This document shows, in pieces, positions 9,992 to 20,194 of a stretch of DNA of 64,000 nucleotides. The position numbers and the translations under genes are program-made. A model generated the notes under the pieces. That model was given only the letters and a program-made list of their open reading frames with translations, ran no database searches and had not been told where the DNA came from. The DNA is from Firmicutes bacterium UBA3570 (lineage in GTDB: Bacteria; Bacillota; Sulfobacillia; UBA3561). Within the stretch, counting starts at the first letter, position 1, and every line of letters begins with the position of its first letter. The DNA lies in NCBI GenBank assembly GCA_002376005.1, contig DFNJ01000027.1, positions 8,587 to 72,586 of the forward strand, written 5' to 3'.

Positions 9992-12363
9992 TGGATTCCA
10001 GGAGCTTGTGTGCCCTCGAATTCCCCGAAATCTTGAAGATGCTTTCTGCCCGTGCCATTACCGAGCTGGGCAGGGAGCGGGCGCGGTCTTTGCAGCCGAC
10101 CACCGATCCGGGGACAGTGCGTAGCTTGCAAAGTGAGACGCAACAGGCACGCGTAGCGCTCGAGCGGAAGGGCCTCCCTCGCCTGCACGGCGTCACCGAC
10201 ATACGGCGCCATCTGGAGGTGGCACGACGCGGCGGAACCCTGGGGGGCGATGCCCTGCTGGCGGTGGCTCGCGTGGCCCGGGCGGCCCGAGGGCTCAAGC
10301 AGTATGTGGCTGAGCTGCCACCAGAGTGCGCCGGGTTGAAGGAACGTTGTCGACGCATCTGCAGCGCCAAGGAGCTGGAAGACGAGATTGACCGCTGCTT
10401 GAGTCCCGATGGGGAGCTGCGGGACCAGGCCAGTTCAGAGCTGGCCAGGCTGCGGCGTCGGAGGCGCAATCTGGCTGAACGACTGAAGGAAAAGCTGGTG
10501 GAGATGACCCGGGATCCCGCTACGGCCAAGTTCCTTCAGGAGCCGTTGGTCACCATTCGCGCCGGACGTTTCGTGCTCCCGGTCAAGGCTGAGGCCAAGT
10601 CCCAGTTTCCCGGGGTGGTCCATGACCAGTCATCCAGCGGGATGACTCTCTTCGTCGAGCCCCTGGTGACAGTAGAGATGAACAATGAACTCCGCCGGCT
10701 GGACGTGGCGGCACGGGAAGAGGAGGAGAGGATTCTCCGCGAGCTGAGTCAGCTGGTGGGGAGGTATGCGGAGGACCTGGCACGGGCGTTGGAGATACTG
10801 GGGTGGTTGGATCTGGTGTTCGCCAAGGCGGCCCTGGCCCGAGCGCAGCGTGCCTGCCCCGTGCGGATCCTCGATGAACCGGTAGTCCAGCTGGTGCAAG
10901 TGCGGAACCCGCTGCTGGGCGAACGCGCTGTTCCCATAGACATCGAGGTAGGCGCTCGGTTCGACTGCCTGGTGATAACCGGGCCTAACACGGGGGGCAA
11001 GACGGTGGCGCTGAAGACCCTCGGTCTGTCGGTAGCCATGGCACAAGCAGGCCTGCAAGTGCCTGCTGCCGAGGCTGAGATGGGCGTGTTTCAGCAGCTG
11101 TTTGCCGACATCGGTGACGAGCAGAGCATACAGCAAAACCTGAGCACCTTTTCCTCGCACATGACGAACATAGTGCGCTTTTTGCGATCAGCCGGCCGGC
11201 GCACTCTGGTTCTCCTGGACGAAATTGGGGCTGGTACCGATCCGGTGGAGGGTTCCGCGCTAGCCATGGCCCTACTGGAGTATCTACTTGCTGCCGAGGC
11301 CAAGGTGGTGTGCACCACCCATTACAGCGCCCTGAAGATCTTCGCCGCCCAGACCCAGCGCGTGGCCAATGGCGCGGTGCAGTTCGATCCGGTCACCCTG
11401 GCACCCACCTACCAGCTGGTGATTGGCGTGCCCGGACGGTCAAATGCTCTGGATATCGGCTCTCGATTGGGGTTGCCCCCCGCTGTGCTGCGCAGGGCCC
11501 GCCAGATGCTCGGCTCAGGTCAGCTGGACCTCGAGGCGCTCTTGGACCAGGTGGGGCGATACCGCTCAGAGCTGAGAGAGCTGGTCAGCCGGGGGCGACG
11601 CCTGGTGAACGCCCTGGAGGAACTGGTCGGGGCCGCGGAACGCACCTGCTCCCAGGCGCAGCAGGAGGCAAGGCGGCTGCGGGAAGAAGCGCGTGCCTAC
11701 AGTCGCGATCTGGTCCTCAAGGTCCAGCGGGAGATGAAGGAGCTGATGGCCTCCGCCCGCCGGGCCGCGGCCCGATCCTCGCTCCGGCACATCGATCGCC
11801 TGTCCCAGCAGTACAGGGAAGCGGTTCAAGAGCAGCTGGAACAGCTTGCACCGCGGGCGGATCCGGGGATTCCTCGCCAGCCTCCCGCCTCAGTGGCACC
11901 AGGGCAGACGGTGTGGGTGGTACCGCTGGGGCAGCGGGGACGGGTTCTGGAACCTCCCGACACGCAGGGCAAGGTCCTGATACAGGTCGGTAACCTGAAG
12001 GTCACGGTGCCGCTTCGCGAACTGCGCCATGCGGACGATGCGCAGCAGCAGGGCCCAGGAGGCCGGAGGTCCGACGCCGAGCCTTCGGCCTGGCATTTGG
12101 CCCGGGAGAAGGCCAGCGCGGTCAGCACTGAACTGGACCTGCGCGGGTCAACGAGTGATGAGGCCAGGATGCGCCTGGACAAGTACCTCGATGATGCCAT
12201 ATTGGCTGGCCTCAAGCAGGTGAAGATCATCCACGGTAAGGGGGCGGGCATTCTCAGGTCGGTGGTGTCGGATTTCCTGCGGCATTATCCGGGGGTCCTC
12301 TCCCATCGACTTGGGCAGCCGGAGGAAGGGGGGGAGGGTGTCACGGTGGTGAGGTTGGAGTAG
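9988..12363 (+). CDS. mutS2: MutS2 (endonuclease / collided-ribosome splitting factor)
   Basis: ITGPNTGGKT, DIGDEQSIQQNLSTFSSH, LLDEIGAGTDP, C-terminal Smr domain LDLRG...IIHGKG. Confidence 0.96.
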   Translation: MMDSRSLCALEFPEILKMLSARAITELGRERARSLQPTTDPGTVRSLQSETQQARVALERKGLPRLHGVTDIRRHLEVARRGGTLGGDALLAVARVARAARGLKQYVAELPPECAGLKERCRRICSAKELEDEIDRCLSPDGELRDQASSELARLRRRRRNLAERLKEKLVEMTRDPATAKFLQEPLVTIRAGRFVLPVKAEAKSQFPGVVHDQSSSGMTLFVEPLVTVEMNNELRRLDVAAREEEERILRELSQLVGRYAEDLARALEILGWLDLVFAKAALARAQRACPVRILDEPVVQLVQVRNPLLGERAVPIDIEVGARFDCLVITGPNTGGKTVALKTLGLSVAMAQAGLQVPAAEAEMGVFQQLFADIGDEQSIQQNLSTFSSHMTNIVRFLRSAGRRTLVLLDEIGAGTDPVEGSALAMALLEYLLAAEAKVVCTTHYSALKIFAAQTQRVANGAVQFDPVTLAPTYQLVIGVPGRSNALDIGSRLGLPPAVLRRARQMLGSGQLDLEALLDQVGRYRSELRELVSRGRRLVNALEELVGAAERTCSQAQQEARRLREEARAYSRDLVLKVQREMKELMASARRAAARSSLRHIDRLSQQYREAVQEQLEQLAPRADPGIPRQPPASVAPGQTVWVVPLGQRGRVLEPPDTQGKVLIQVGNLKVTVPLRELRHADDAQQQGPGGRRSDAEPSAWHLAREKASAVSTELDLRGSTSDEARMRLDKYLDDAILAGLKQVKIIHGKGAGILRSVVSDFLRHYPGVLSHRLGQPEEGGEGVTVVRLE

Positions 12364-14596
12364 TCTCCCCTTCGGGCGCCGGCGGTTGATGGAAGGGGCA
12401 GGTTTCTTTGGGGACCTCTAGGTTGGCGTCCAGTGGCACTCGCCCGTCCTCGGCGGGCTGGTACGGCTCCCTGCGCCTGATGCATACCCGTTCGATGGTT
12501 TCCGGACATCGTTCACCAGCGAGATACTCGGGATGATCTTTGCACACGCGGACCAGCACATGTACGTCGCACTGGCCAGTAGGTTCCTTTCCAGCCACAA
12601 ACATCTCCTCGCGGATCTCCTCAGCAGGACAGTGAGGCCCCGGGAGCAGTCCTGACTTGGCGCACACCCGCAGGCGGACGATGCCCGGAGGCTGGTGGAA
12701 ATCCATCACCGGGAGCCCCTCGTGCGCCCGAATCATCACTTCCCTCCAGATCATGGCCGGGTACGAGCCGCCAGTGACACCTTTCCCGGAAGGTCGGACC
12801 ATCCTCGCCGGCTGCCCGTCTTCCAGTCGCGGCTGGTCATACCCCATCCACACGGTACAAACCAACTGGGGAGTGTAGCCGATGAACCACGCATCGACGT
12901 ATTCGGAGGTGGTGCCGGTTTTCCCCGCCGCGGGGCGGTCCAGGCGGGCCCGGGTACCGGTCCCCTGTTCGATGACGTCTCGCAGTACGTCGGTCATCAA
13001 GTAGGCGGTCTCCTCAGAGATCACTGCCTGTCGGATCGGGCGATTTTCTTCCAACACGTTGCCGTAACGGTCCACCACCCGGATGACGGCATATGGGGTG
13101 ACCCGAACGCCCCGGTTGGCCAGGACTCCGTAGGCCTGGGTCATCTCCAGCGGCGTGACTCCCTTGGTGAGTCCGCCCAGCGCGATGGCCAGCGCGTGGT
13201 CGTTGCGAACCCCGCTCTTCACCAGGCTGGTGATGCCCAGCTTTTCGGCCATCGCCCAGCCGGTCTCGATGCCGATCTGATCCAGTAGCTTGACGGCTGC
13301 CACGTTGACGGAGTCAACCAGGGCCTCGCGAAGGGTGATCAGGCCCCGGAACTGGTGGTCATAGTTCTCCGGTGTCCAGAGCTCTCCCGAGATTTGCTCG
13401 TAGGCCACTGGTGCATCATCAATGACCGAGGCCGGACCGTAGCCAAGTTCAAACGCGGCAGTGTACACCACGACCGGCTTGAAGGCGGATCCGGGTTGGC
13501 GGTACGCCTCCACCGCCCGGTTGAAGGCGAGCCGGGCGGTATGAGTCCTGCCACCCACCATGGCCACGATCTCGCCCGTACGCGCGTCCATCACCACCAC
13601 GGCTGCCTGGGGGTAGGGCTTGCCCGAGTCCAGCGGATACACCGGATCAAGTACCGACTTCACCGCGGCTTCGGCTGCTTCCTGGATCCTGGGGTCCAGA
13701 GTGGTGTAGATCTTCAGCCCTCCCTCGTATACCATGCGCTTGCCATGCCGCTCCAGGAGATGCGCGAGCACGTAATCGACGAAGTAGGGGGCCGGATTGT
13801 TCTCCGGCTCGGGGATACCGGCCAGCTTTATGGGTTGCGCCTTGGCCTGTTCTGCTTCCTCGTGGGTGATGTATCCGTACTTGACCATTTGTTGCAAAAC
13901 CACCGCCTGACGCGTGCGGGCGGCGTCCATGTCCACATAGGGAGAATAATAGGCGGGCGCTCGGGCGATCCCGGCCAGGAGTGCGCACTCCGCCAGGGTC
14001 AGGTCTTGCACGTCCTTGCCGAAATAGAACCTGGCCGCTGCCTGGACTCCGTACTGGCCGTGACCAAAGGGTATCTGGTTGAGGTACATTTCCAGGATCT
14101 CCTCTTTGGTGTAACAACGCTCCAGCTGCAGTGCAATGATTGCCTCCTGGATCTTGCGACGCAGGGTGCGCTCGGGGCTGAGGAACGCGTTCTTCGCCAG
14201 CTGCTGCGTTATGGTGCTACCTCCGTGCAGTTCGTCCGTAGTGACGTTGACGTACAGTGCCCGCAGGATGCCGCGAGGATCTATCCCCCGGTGCTCCCAG
14301 AAGAGGTGGTCCTCAACCGCCACGAAGGCGTCGATCAGATCCTGGGGCATGTGAGAGAAGGGCACCGGGATGCGATTTTGCTCTCCGTGCAGGTGGCAAA
14401 TGGGCGTGCCGTCACGCGCGTACACCGTGGAGGTCAGGCTCGGTTGTGGTTCCAGATAGGTCAGGGGAGGGAGGTCGCGTACCACGTCAGCGAGATACGC
14501 CCCAGCCATGCCGCCAGCAGTTGCCGTGCACAGTAGCAACGTGATGAAGATCAGCTTCCACAGGTTCATGCGCTGCTTCTTACGACGTTTCGCCAT
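12341..14596 (-). CDS. Class A penicillin-binding protein (PBP1A family)
   Basis: GT51 motifs EDHLF.EHRG, GGSTITQQLAK, RKIQE; transpeptidase SAFK, SVN, KTGT; Cys-rich C-terminus. Confidence 0.95.
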   Translation of the reverse strand: MAKRRKKQRMNLWKLIFITLLLCTATAGGMAGAYLADVVRDLPPLTYLEPQPSLTSTVYARDGTPICHLHGEQNRIPVPFSHMPQDLIDAFVAVEDHLFWEHRGIDPRGILRALYVNVTTDELHGGSTITQQLAKNAFLSPERTLRRKIQEAIIALQLERCYTKEEILEMYLNQIPFGHGQYGVQAAARFYFGKDVQDLTLAECALLAGIARAPAYYSPYVDMDAARTRQAVVLQQMVKYGYITHEEAEQAKAQPIKLAGIPEPENNPAPYFVDYVLAHLLERHGKRMVYEGGLKIYTTLDPRIQEAAEAAVKSVLDPVYPLDSGKPYPQAAVVVMDARTGEIVAMVGGRTHTARLAFNRAVEAYRQPGSAFKPVVVYTAAFELGYGPASVIDDAPVAYEQISGELWTPENYDHQFRGLITLREALVDSVNVAAVKLLDQIGIETGWAMAEKLGITSLVKSGVRNDHALAIALGGLTKGVTPLEMTQAYGVLANRGVRVTPYAVIRVVDRYGNVLEENRPIRQAVISEETAYLMTDVLRDVIEQGTGTRARLDRPAAGKTGTTSEYVDAWFIGYTPQLVCTVWMGYDQPRLEDGQPARMVRPSGKGVTGGSYPAMIWREVMIRAHEGLPVMDFHQPPGIVRLRVCAKSGLLPGPHCPAEEIREEMFVAGKEPTGQCDVHVLVRVCKDHPEYLAGERCPETIERVCIRRREPYQPAEDGRVPLDANLEVPKETCPFHQPPAPEGETTPTSPP

Positions 14597-14656
14597 AAGG
14601 CGATCACCTCAGCCGCTTCCGCGGGGGCTACACTGGCCCCTTCAGGCAGTCACTAT

Positions 14657-14686
14657 ATTATAACTCGCGACATACCAGCTGACCAA
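14657..14686 (-). promoter_or_regulatory. sigma-A-like promoter for PBP1A
   Basis: TTGGTC-N18-TATAAT on the minus strand. Confidence 0.5.
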
Positions 14687-14702
14687 CCGGGTGACTCCAG
14701 CC

Positions 14703-15458
14703 TCAGCCGGCGTACTTCTTCATTTCTGCAGCTTCCATATCGAAGTTGGAGTAAACCTGCTGGATATCGTCGTGCTCTTCAAGAGCCTCCAGGAGGCGCA
14801 ACACCTTCTGGCCCGTGGGGCCGGACACGCTCACCGTGCTCTTGGGCACCATGGTCACCTCGGCGATCTGCGGACGAACATCCCGGCGTTTGAGCGCGGC
14901 CTTGATGGACTCCAGTGCGGACGGCTCGCCGGTTATCTCCCAGCCGTCGTCTTCTGCTCGCAAGTCTTCTGCGCCGCCTTCCAGGGCTGCCTCCAGCAGC
15001 TCGTCTTCCGCCAACGGACAGCCACTACGTTCCACGAAGACATAGGCCTTTTTCTCGAACATCCAGGCCACACAGCCCGATTCGCCGAGGCTGCCGCCAA
15101 AGCGGGAGAAGAGGTGCCTTACCTCTGCCGCGGTTCGGTTACGGTTGTCGGTCACCGCTTCCAGGAGGATGGCCACGCCTCCCGGCCCGTAGCCTTCGTA
15201 CACGATCTCTTCCAGTGCCTCGCCCTGCAGTTCGCCGGTTCCCCTTCTTATGGCCGCCATTATGGTATCCGCAGGCATGTTGGCCTCCTTGGCTTTCTGA
15301 AGGGCCAGGCGAAGCTTCACGTTGGTTTCCGGGTTCCCCCCACCCTCGCGGGCTGCTACGGTGAGGGCCCGACTCAGCTTGGAGAACAGGTTGCCACGGC
15401 GCGCATCCTGCTTGCCCTTTCGGTGCCGGATGTTGGCCCATTTGGAATGTCCGGCCAT
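14703..15458 (-). CDS. yebC: YebC/PmpR family protein
   Basis: MAGHSKWANIRHRKG, YEGYGPGGVA, TDNRNRT, DDIQQVYSN. Confidence 0.96.
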   Translation of the reverse strand: MAGHSKWANIRHRKGKQDARRGNLFSKLSRALTVAAREGGGNPETNVKLRLALQKAKEANMPADTIMAAIRRGTGELQGEALEEIVYEGYGPGGVAILLEAVTDNRNRTAAEVRHLFSRFGGSLGESGCVAWMFEKKAYVFVERSGCPLAEDELLEAALEGGAEDLRAEDDGWEITGEPSALESIKAALKRRDVRPQIAEVTMVPKSTVSVSGPTGQKVLRLLEALEEHDDIQQVYSNFDMEAAEMKKYAG

Positions 15459-15483
15459 ACTCTACAGGTCACCTCCTCCTTGT

Positions 15484-16245
15484 TCATTGCCCTGCACCGC
15501 CAATGGGGCAGATGGGGGGCGGCTGCCGCTTGTGGGCGCTACGCTCCTGCATGAACTCGATGCGCTGGCGCACTGCTGGAGGAACTGGCTCTCCTCGCAG
15601 GTAGGCGTCCAGCTGCTCGTAGGTGATGCCCATTTCTTCTTCGTCGGTTTGTCCCGGCCACAACCCCGCGCTGGGTGGCTTTTGAATTATCCGCGCCGGA
15701 ATGCCCAGATATTGCGCCAGCTGGCGCACCTCGGTCTTGGTGAGCGCCCCCAGCGGTGCCAGGTCAACACCGCCGTCCCCGTACTTGGTGAAGTATCCCA
15801 CTTCCAGCTCGCTCCGGTTGCTGCTGCCCACCACCAGGTATCCCAGTCGGTTGGCGAAGTAATATAAGGTACACATTCTGAGCCGGGGCTTCAGATTGGC
15901 CCTTGCCAACCTCTGGGCTTGTTCATTCTCATCGGGGAGGACGGAACCACCGCTGGTCCGCAATGACTCCAGCAGACGATCATAAACACCATCCAGCTCC
16001 ACGGTAACATGCCGGATATCCAGGGTGGCGGCCACCAGGAGGGCGTCCTCCGTATCTCGCGGGTCACTGTGGCAGGGAAGGATCAGTCCGAGGTGGTGCT
16101 CAGGGAATGCGTGTCGGCAAAGGGCCGCTAGCACCGACGAATCCAGTCCCCCCGACATACCGAAAACCACACCCCGGGTCCCCGCCTCGGCGACCTTGCT
16201 CTGCAACCAATCTATCAGGCGTCGCGACAGTGTGCTGGCATCCAT
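15484..16245 (-). CDS. nadE: NH3-dependent NAD+ synthetase
   Basis: SGGLDS, ANLKPRLRM, GYFTKYGDGG, PSAGLWPGQTDE; no glutaminase domain. Confidence 0.95.
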   Translation of the reverse strand: MDASTLSRRLIDWLQSKVAEAGTRGVVFGMSGGLDSSVLAALCRHAFPEHHLGLILPCHSDPRDTEDALLVAATLDIRHVTVELDGVYDRLLESLRTSGGSVLPDENEQAQRLARANLKPRLRMCTLYYFANRLGYLVVGSSNRSELEVGYFTKYGDGGVDLAPLGALTKTEVRQLAQYLGIPARIIQKPPSAGLWPGQTDEEEMGITYEQLDAYLRGEPVPPAVRQRIEFMQERSAHKRQPPPICPIGGAGQ

Positions 16246-16313
16246 CCTGGGTTCCTCCCTGTTCTGGCCACTGCGGGCGCACCTTTTCCCACGCGTCGGC
16301 GGCCGGGCGTATC

Positions 16314-16745
16314 TCAGAGCAAAAGCAGCGGCAGCTCTTCAAACTTCTTACCCTTCAAACGAAAGGCGCGGCATTCCCAGTTTCCGCCCGTAGGGGCGAG
16401 CACTACCAGAAGGAGATCCGGATACGCGGTCAGCCGGAGATCCACGGCGGAAGGAAAAGGCGACCCATCGGGATGTGAATGATAGATGGCCAGCAGTTGC
16501 AGGCCCCTGACTTCCGCGTCCAGCATGGCTTGCACCTGCTCCTGGGCGTCCATGAGAAACCGGTTTGTTTGGGTGGCCACGTTGCGAACCGGGTACCACC
16601 GGGTGACCAGTTCTCCCTGGCCTGCCAGGAACCCGCACGCTTCCCGGGGCAACTGCCTAGCGACGTGACTGGCCATGCACCGGTACAGCTTTCGCGGCAG
16701 TTGCAGCTGGCGCAGGCGACGGCATGCGAGAGTCGGCGCTGTCAC
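16314..16745 (-). CDS. JAMM/Mov34 (M67) metallopeptidase
   Basis: EACG...YHSHP....PS..D; GTGA-coupled to the upstream E1-like gene. Confidence 0.9.
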   Translation of the reverse strand: MTAPTLACRRLRQLQLPRKLYRCMASHVARQLPREACGFLAGQGELVTRWYPVRNVATQTNRFLMDAQEQVQAMLDAEVRGLQLLAIYHSHPDGSPFPSAVDLRLTAYPDLLLVVLAPTGGNWECRAFRLKGKKFEELPLLLL

Positions 16746-17500
16746 AGGTGTACCGCTCCCTCACCGCAGACGGGGCAGTCCGGGCGGCGGGCGAACCTGA
16801 CGGTGGTGAACTCCATGTTCAACCCATCGTATATGAGAAGACGACCCAAGAGGGGCGTGCCGACGCCCAGCAGGATCTTGAGGGTTTCCAGGGCCTGAAT
16901 GGTCCCGATCAACCCCGGTACCGGCCCGACCACCGGGATGGGCTCGGTGGCCTCGGGAGGGACTCGCGGAAACAGACACTGGTAGCAGGGTCCTTTAGGC
17001 GTCCAGAACACGCTGGCCTGGCCCTCGAACCGGTGCACGCTGCCGTGCACCAGCGGGACTCCCAGCTCCGCGCATGCCCGGTTGAGAGTGCACCTTGCGG
17101 AAAAGTTGTCAGTAGCATCTACCACCACGTCGTACTGAGAGATTAGTACCTTCGCTGTGCCCACGCTGTCTATGCGTTCGAAATAGGTTACCACCCGCAC
17201 TTCGGGATTCAGGGCGTTCAGCGTACGCCTCGCCGAAATCGGTTTGGGCACTCCCACATCCCGCGAGCGGTGCAGTACCTGGCGGTTGAGGTTATCCAAC
17301 CGAACTTCATCCCCGTCAGCAATACCCAGGTTGCCTACCCCAGCGGCGGCCAAATAAAGCAGAACCGCCGACCCCAAGCCTCCAGCTCCCACCACCAGTA
17401 CTTTGGAGTCGCCAAGTCGCTCTTGTCCGATCGTTCCGATTTCCGGGAGGAGAAGCTGGCGATGATAACGCTCAGTTAGCGATTTCAGTTTCTCATTCAC
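16742..17500 (-). CDS. moeB: MoeB/ThiF (E1-like) adenylyltransferase
   Basis: RYHRQ, GAGGLG, NLNRQ, DATDNF, two CxxC zinc pairs; GGAGG SD before GTG 17500. Confidence 0.88.
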   Translation of the reverse strand: MNEKLKSLTERYHRQLLLPEIGTIGQERLGDSKVLVVGAGGLGSAVLLYLAAAGVGNLGIADGDEVRLDNLNRQVLHRSRDVGVPKPISARRTLNALNPEVRVVTYFERIDSVGTAKVLISQYDVVVDATDNFSARCTLNRACAELGVPLVHGSVHRFEGQASVFWTPKGPCYQCLFPRVPPEATEPIPVVGPVPGLIGTIQALETLKILLGVGTPLLGRLLIYDGLNMEFTTVRFARRPDCPVCGEGAVHL

Positions 17501-17522
17501 CGACAGGCAGCCTCCCCAGTAC

Positions 17523-17552
17523 ATGGTATCCGAACTGCATCAGGTGAGTCAA
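17523..17552 (-). promoter_or_regulatory. sigma-A-like promoter for moeB-JAMM(-nadE-yebC)
   Basis: TTGACT-N18-TACCAT directly upstream of the SD. Confidence 0.5.
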
Positions 17553-17879
17553 CGCGGACGCCGACTGGACCCTGCTGACAACTACTGGTACGCCGGGTGT
17601 GGCCCGGACCCAATTGCTGGCTGCACTGATCCAGCGGGCGGATAGTCTACCGCAGACCTGCCACCTCAGAGTGGTTTGACCAGATACTCACCTATGTGGA
17701 TTAGCGCGAGGGATCGCGGACCGGCAACTTGGCTCCTGCCGGTTCCTTCGATTACCCCATTCGCTAGCCGGGTGGAGGGTGGAGAATCGAACTGGGCCCT
17801 CGAGCCTGGGGGTATGTGCTGGAGTGCAGCGAATTTTCCGAAAAAGTCCTTGCAAAGGGCGGCATTTTGTGGATGTGTG

Positions 17880-18443
17880 GGCAGCGTATAGGCTCAGGTA
17901 GCAGCGGTGACGTCATGGGCCATTTCGATTGTCCACGGGTATTCGGACCAGGGAGGTCTCCTGAGGGGAGGAAGCTGCGATGCTGGGAAAGCGCAATCCC
18001 CAGCAGGGGTTATGGGAGGTAAGATGGGAGCAAGAAAGCACCGAAAGGTTGCTCGGGCCATCGAGAAGGCAGGGATGAAGCCGGAGATACCTTTTCGGCA
18101 CCGACGCAAACAGGCCTTTTCCTGCCGCTACCGTGAGACGGTGGGCAAACCCTTACATCCCGGTGGTGGGTATCTTTATTACTTCTCCCAGGCTGACTGC
18201 AGTCGGTGCAAGCGCAAGGAATCCTGTCTGGGTGACAAAGAGACCCGCAAGCGGGTATACTTCAGTGAACGAGCCCGAAATCTACTGTCATGCCGCCCGC
18301 AGCTACGGGAGCTTTGCGATATCGCAAGATCGTGGAGCGCAAGTTCGCAGAAGCCAAATGCTGTGGCACGGGCTGGATCGAGCACGCTACTGGGGCAGGT
18401 GGCGTGTAATCTGAAGCTGATGGTGAGGGTGCTAGGAACCTAG
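17880..18443 (+). mobile_element. IS1182-family transposase C-terminal remnant (frameshifted)
   Basis: CSRCKRKESC zinc motif; RKIVERKFAEAK, WHGLDRARYWG and NLKLM lie in shifted frames. Boundaries approximate. Confidence 0.75.
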
Positions 18444-18853
18444 TGCCTTGGGTGCCGTATGAAGGGGAAGGAAAAGGAGAAAGCAGGGGTATGGGAACCA
18501 GGACCAGGTAAGATCAGAAACCCGCGGCTACTTCTCCCGCCCAGAATACCTCATCAGCCAACTCCCAGGTCCTTGGTTCTTCAGAGATCTCGCAGCTGCG
18601 CTTTGCCAGTAGAGCCGGGCAATTAGCCCTGGTCGCGCGGTTTCATCGGGAGCCCTTCCTGCCGCCCGAGCAGAGTAACCAGGGTCGCGCATCGGGCTGG
18701 TGCTCCGTGGTGCCATCGCTGACGGTCACAAAAGCGTGCTTCATCGTCCGGGGGGATGAAGTTGCCACTAGTTCAGGCGGCTTTTCCCGTCCCGGAAAAT
18801 GATGACTCGCGCGCTGTTGGTACAGGCGGAACAATGCTGCGGGGCTCGGGTAC

Positions 18854-19159
18854 TCATGGGGGGATTTTTGGTTGACGGGTACTGGAAGGGAGTTCGAAGG
18901 GGAGCAAGCAGAGCAGCTTGGGCCATAACCATATAGCCCGCCCCTGCTGGACCAGCGCCTGGGCCTTCTTGCGACTCATGCCCCGTTGTCTCCCCAGCAC
19001 AGAGACCACTTCCACCGTGCGTCCTCGACGGAGAGAGCCGCATCGGGCGGCTCTCTCCCGGGCTTCCGCCCGAGGGATATCCGGCTTGTGGGTGCCGTAA
19101 CAGGAGACTATGCCCGCACACTCGTAGCAGCTGCTGACCTGTTTCTTTTTTACCGCCAT
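18854..19159 (-). CDS. Small Cys-containing hypothetical protein
   Basis: SD-like GAGGGAG upstream; CYECAGIVSC motif; no family recognised. Confidence 0.4.
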   Translation of the reverse strand: MAVKKKQVSSCYECAGIVSCYGTHKPDIPRAEARERAARCGSLRRGRTVEVVSVLGRQRGMSRKKAQALVQQGRAIWLWPKLLCLLPFELPSSTRQPKIPP

Positions 19160-19283
19160 GCCCAGCCTCACTCCCTCGCAACAGTCCAGCCACCATAAGT
19201 GATCGGTCGAAGGACGAGATTGCTTCAGGGTTTTCAGAGATGGCGGCGGGCTGTGAGCGGGCGGAACCCTGTTTGTTCCACTC

Positions 19284-19721
19284 TTAGGATACGATCTCCT
19301 TTATTTCCGGCTTGAAATCGCCCCGTGCTGTGGCTCTACGGTCCAGCAGGCGTAGAACCCACACTCCCTTGCCAAAACCGGCTATCAGCCCCACGGCTAG
19401 CCAGACGTCGGGGGGCAGCACACCCATCAGGTGGGCGGCGACCCACCCTCCGAGGCATCCGATCAACGCTCCCAGGAGGGGGACCCCGTACACCAGGATG
19501 GCAGCGGTGAGGGCACGGCGCGGATCCATCTCGACCCGGACCCATTGCCCCGGTTGCGCCCCCAGGGGGTTGCGGGCTAGCACCAGGAGCTCCATGGCGG
19601 GATCGGTGGCTGCCGGACCGCATTTCCGGCACGATGCGCACATCGAAGTCCGGCGCATGCGCACCAGGGCATCGGGACCGACGAGTTCCCTGACCATTCC
19701 CAACTCGCCTGTTTCTGCCAT
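19284..19721 (-). CDS. rseC: RseC/MucC family membrane protein
   Basis: R.S.CASC.KC, ARNPLGAQPGQWV, AAILVYGVPL, two TM helices. Confidence 0.85.
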   Translation of the reverse strand: MAETGELGMVRELVGPDALVRMRRTSMCASCRKCGPAATDPAMELLVLARNPLGAQPGQWVRVEMDPRRALTAAILVYGVPLLGALIGCLGGWVAAHLMGVLPPDVWLAVGLIAGFGKGVWVLRLLDRRATARGDFKPEIKEIVS

Positions 19722-20131
19722 ACCATCACCAGCGAAAGACGGTCGTTCCATCTCCATTCTACCAGAGCTGGCCAGGGCACCGGGTCAGATCCTGACAGTG
19801 AAGTGCGCGCCTGAAGCTATAGCGAAAGCCGATCACCTTGACTTTGTACTGCCCGGAGTTGATGACTCCTGGTTCGAGATGCTCCAACAGCGTCAGGAAC
19901 TCTGTGAGCATTCAGTGACCAGCCACACCGCGGGACGCCAGGGCAAGCTGGGGACGACGGTGGCGGGACTAAGACCGGATGGATGTTCGGTGCAACATTC
20001 GAGATCTCGTGTCTGAAAGAAAAAATGCACCTCCGCGGTCGCTTCGATCACCTGCTGTGCTGAGGCGGCTTTATGCTCACCCTCGACAGAGGCCAGGTTC
20101 ACCTATGCAGAGAGGTTCCTGCACCTAGCCT

Positions 20132-20161
20132 TTGAAAGCGGATCGGTATAGGTGGTATAGT
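20132..20161 (+). promoter_or_regulatory. sigma-A-like promoter of the second MNT-HEPN pair
   Basis: TTGAAA-N18-TATAGT with extended TG; overlaps the TTG start in the ORF track, so the true start is downstream. Confidence 0.55.
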
Positions 20162-20194
20162 TATGGCAGGGAGGCCGCTAGCGACGAACGCGGG

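Noticed and set aside
16314..17500. E1 + JAB pair as a CBASS Cap2/Cap3 or Bil-type antiphage system
   Set aside because: No E2, cyclase, Ubl or effector nearby; the E1 is a short MoeB-type protein in a housekeeping context.
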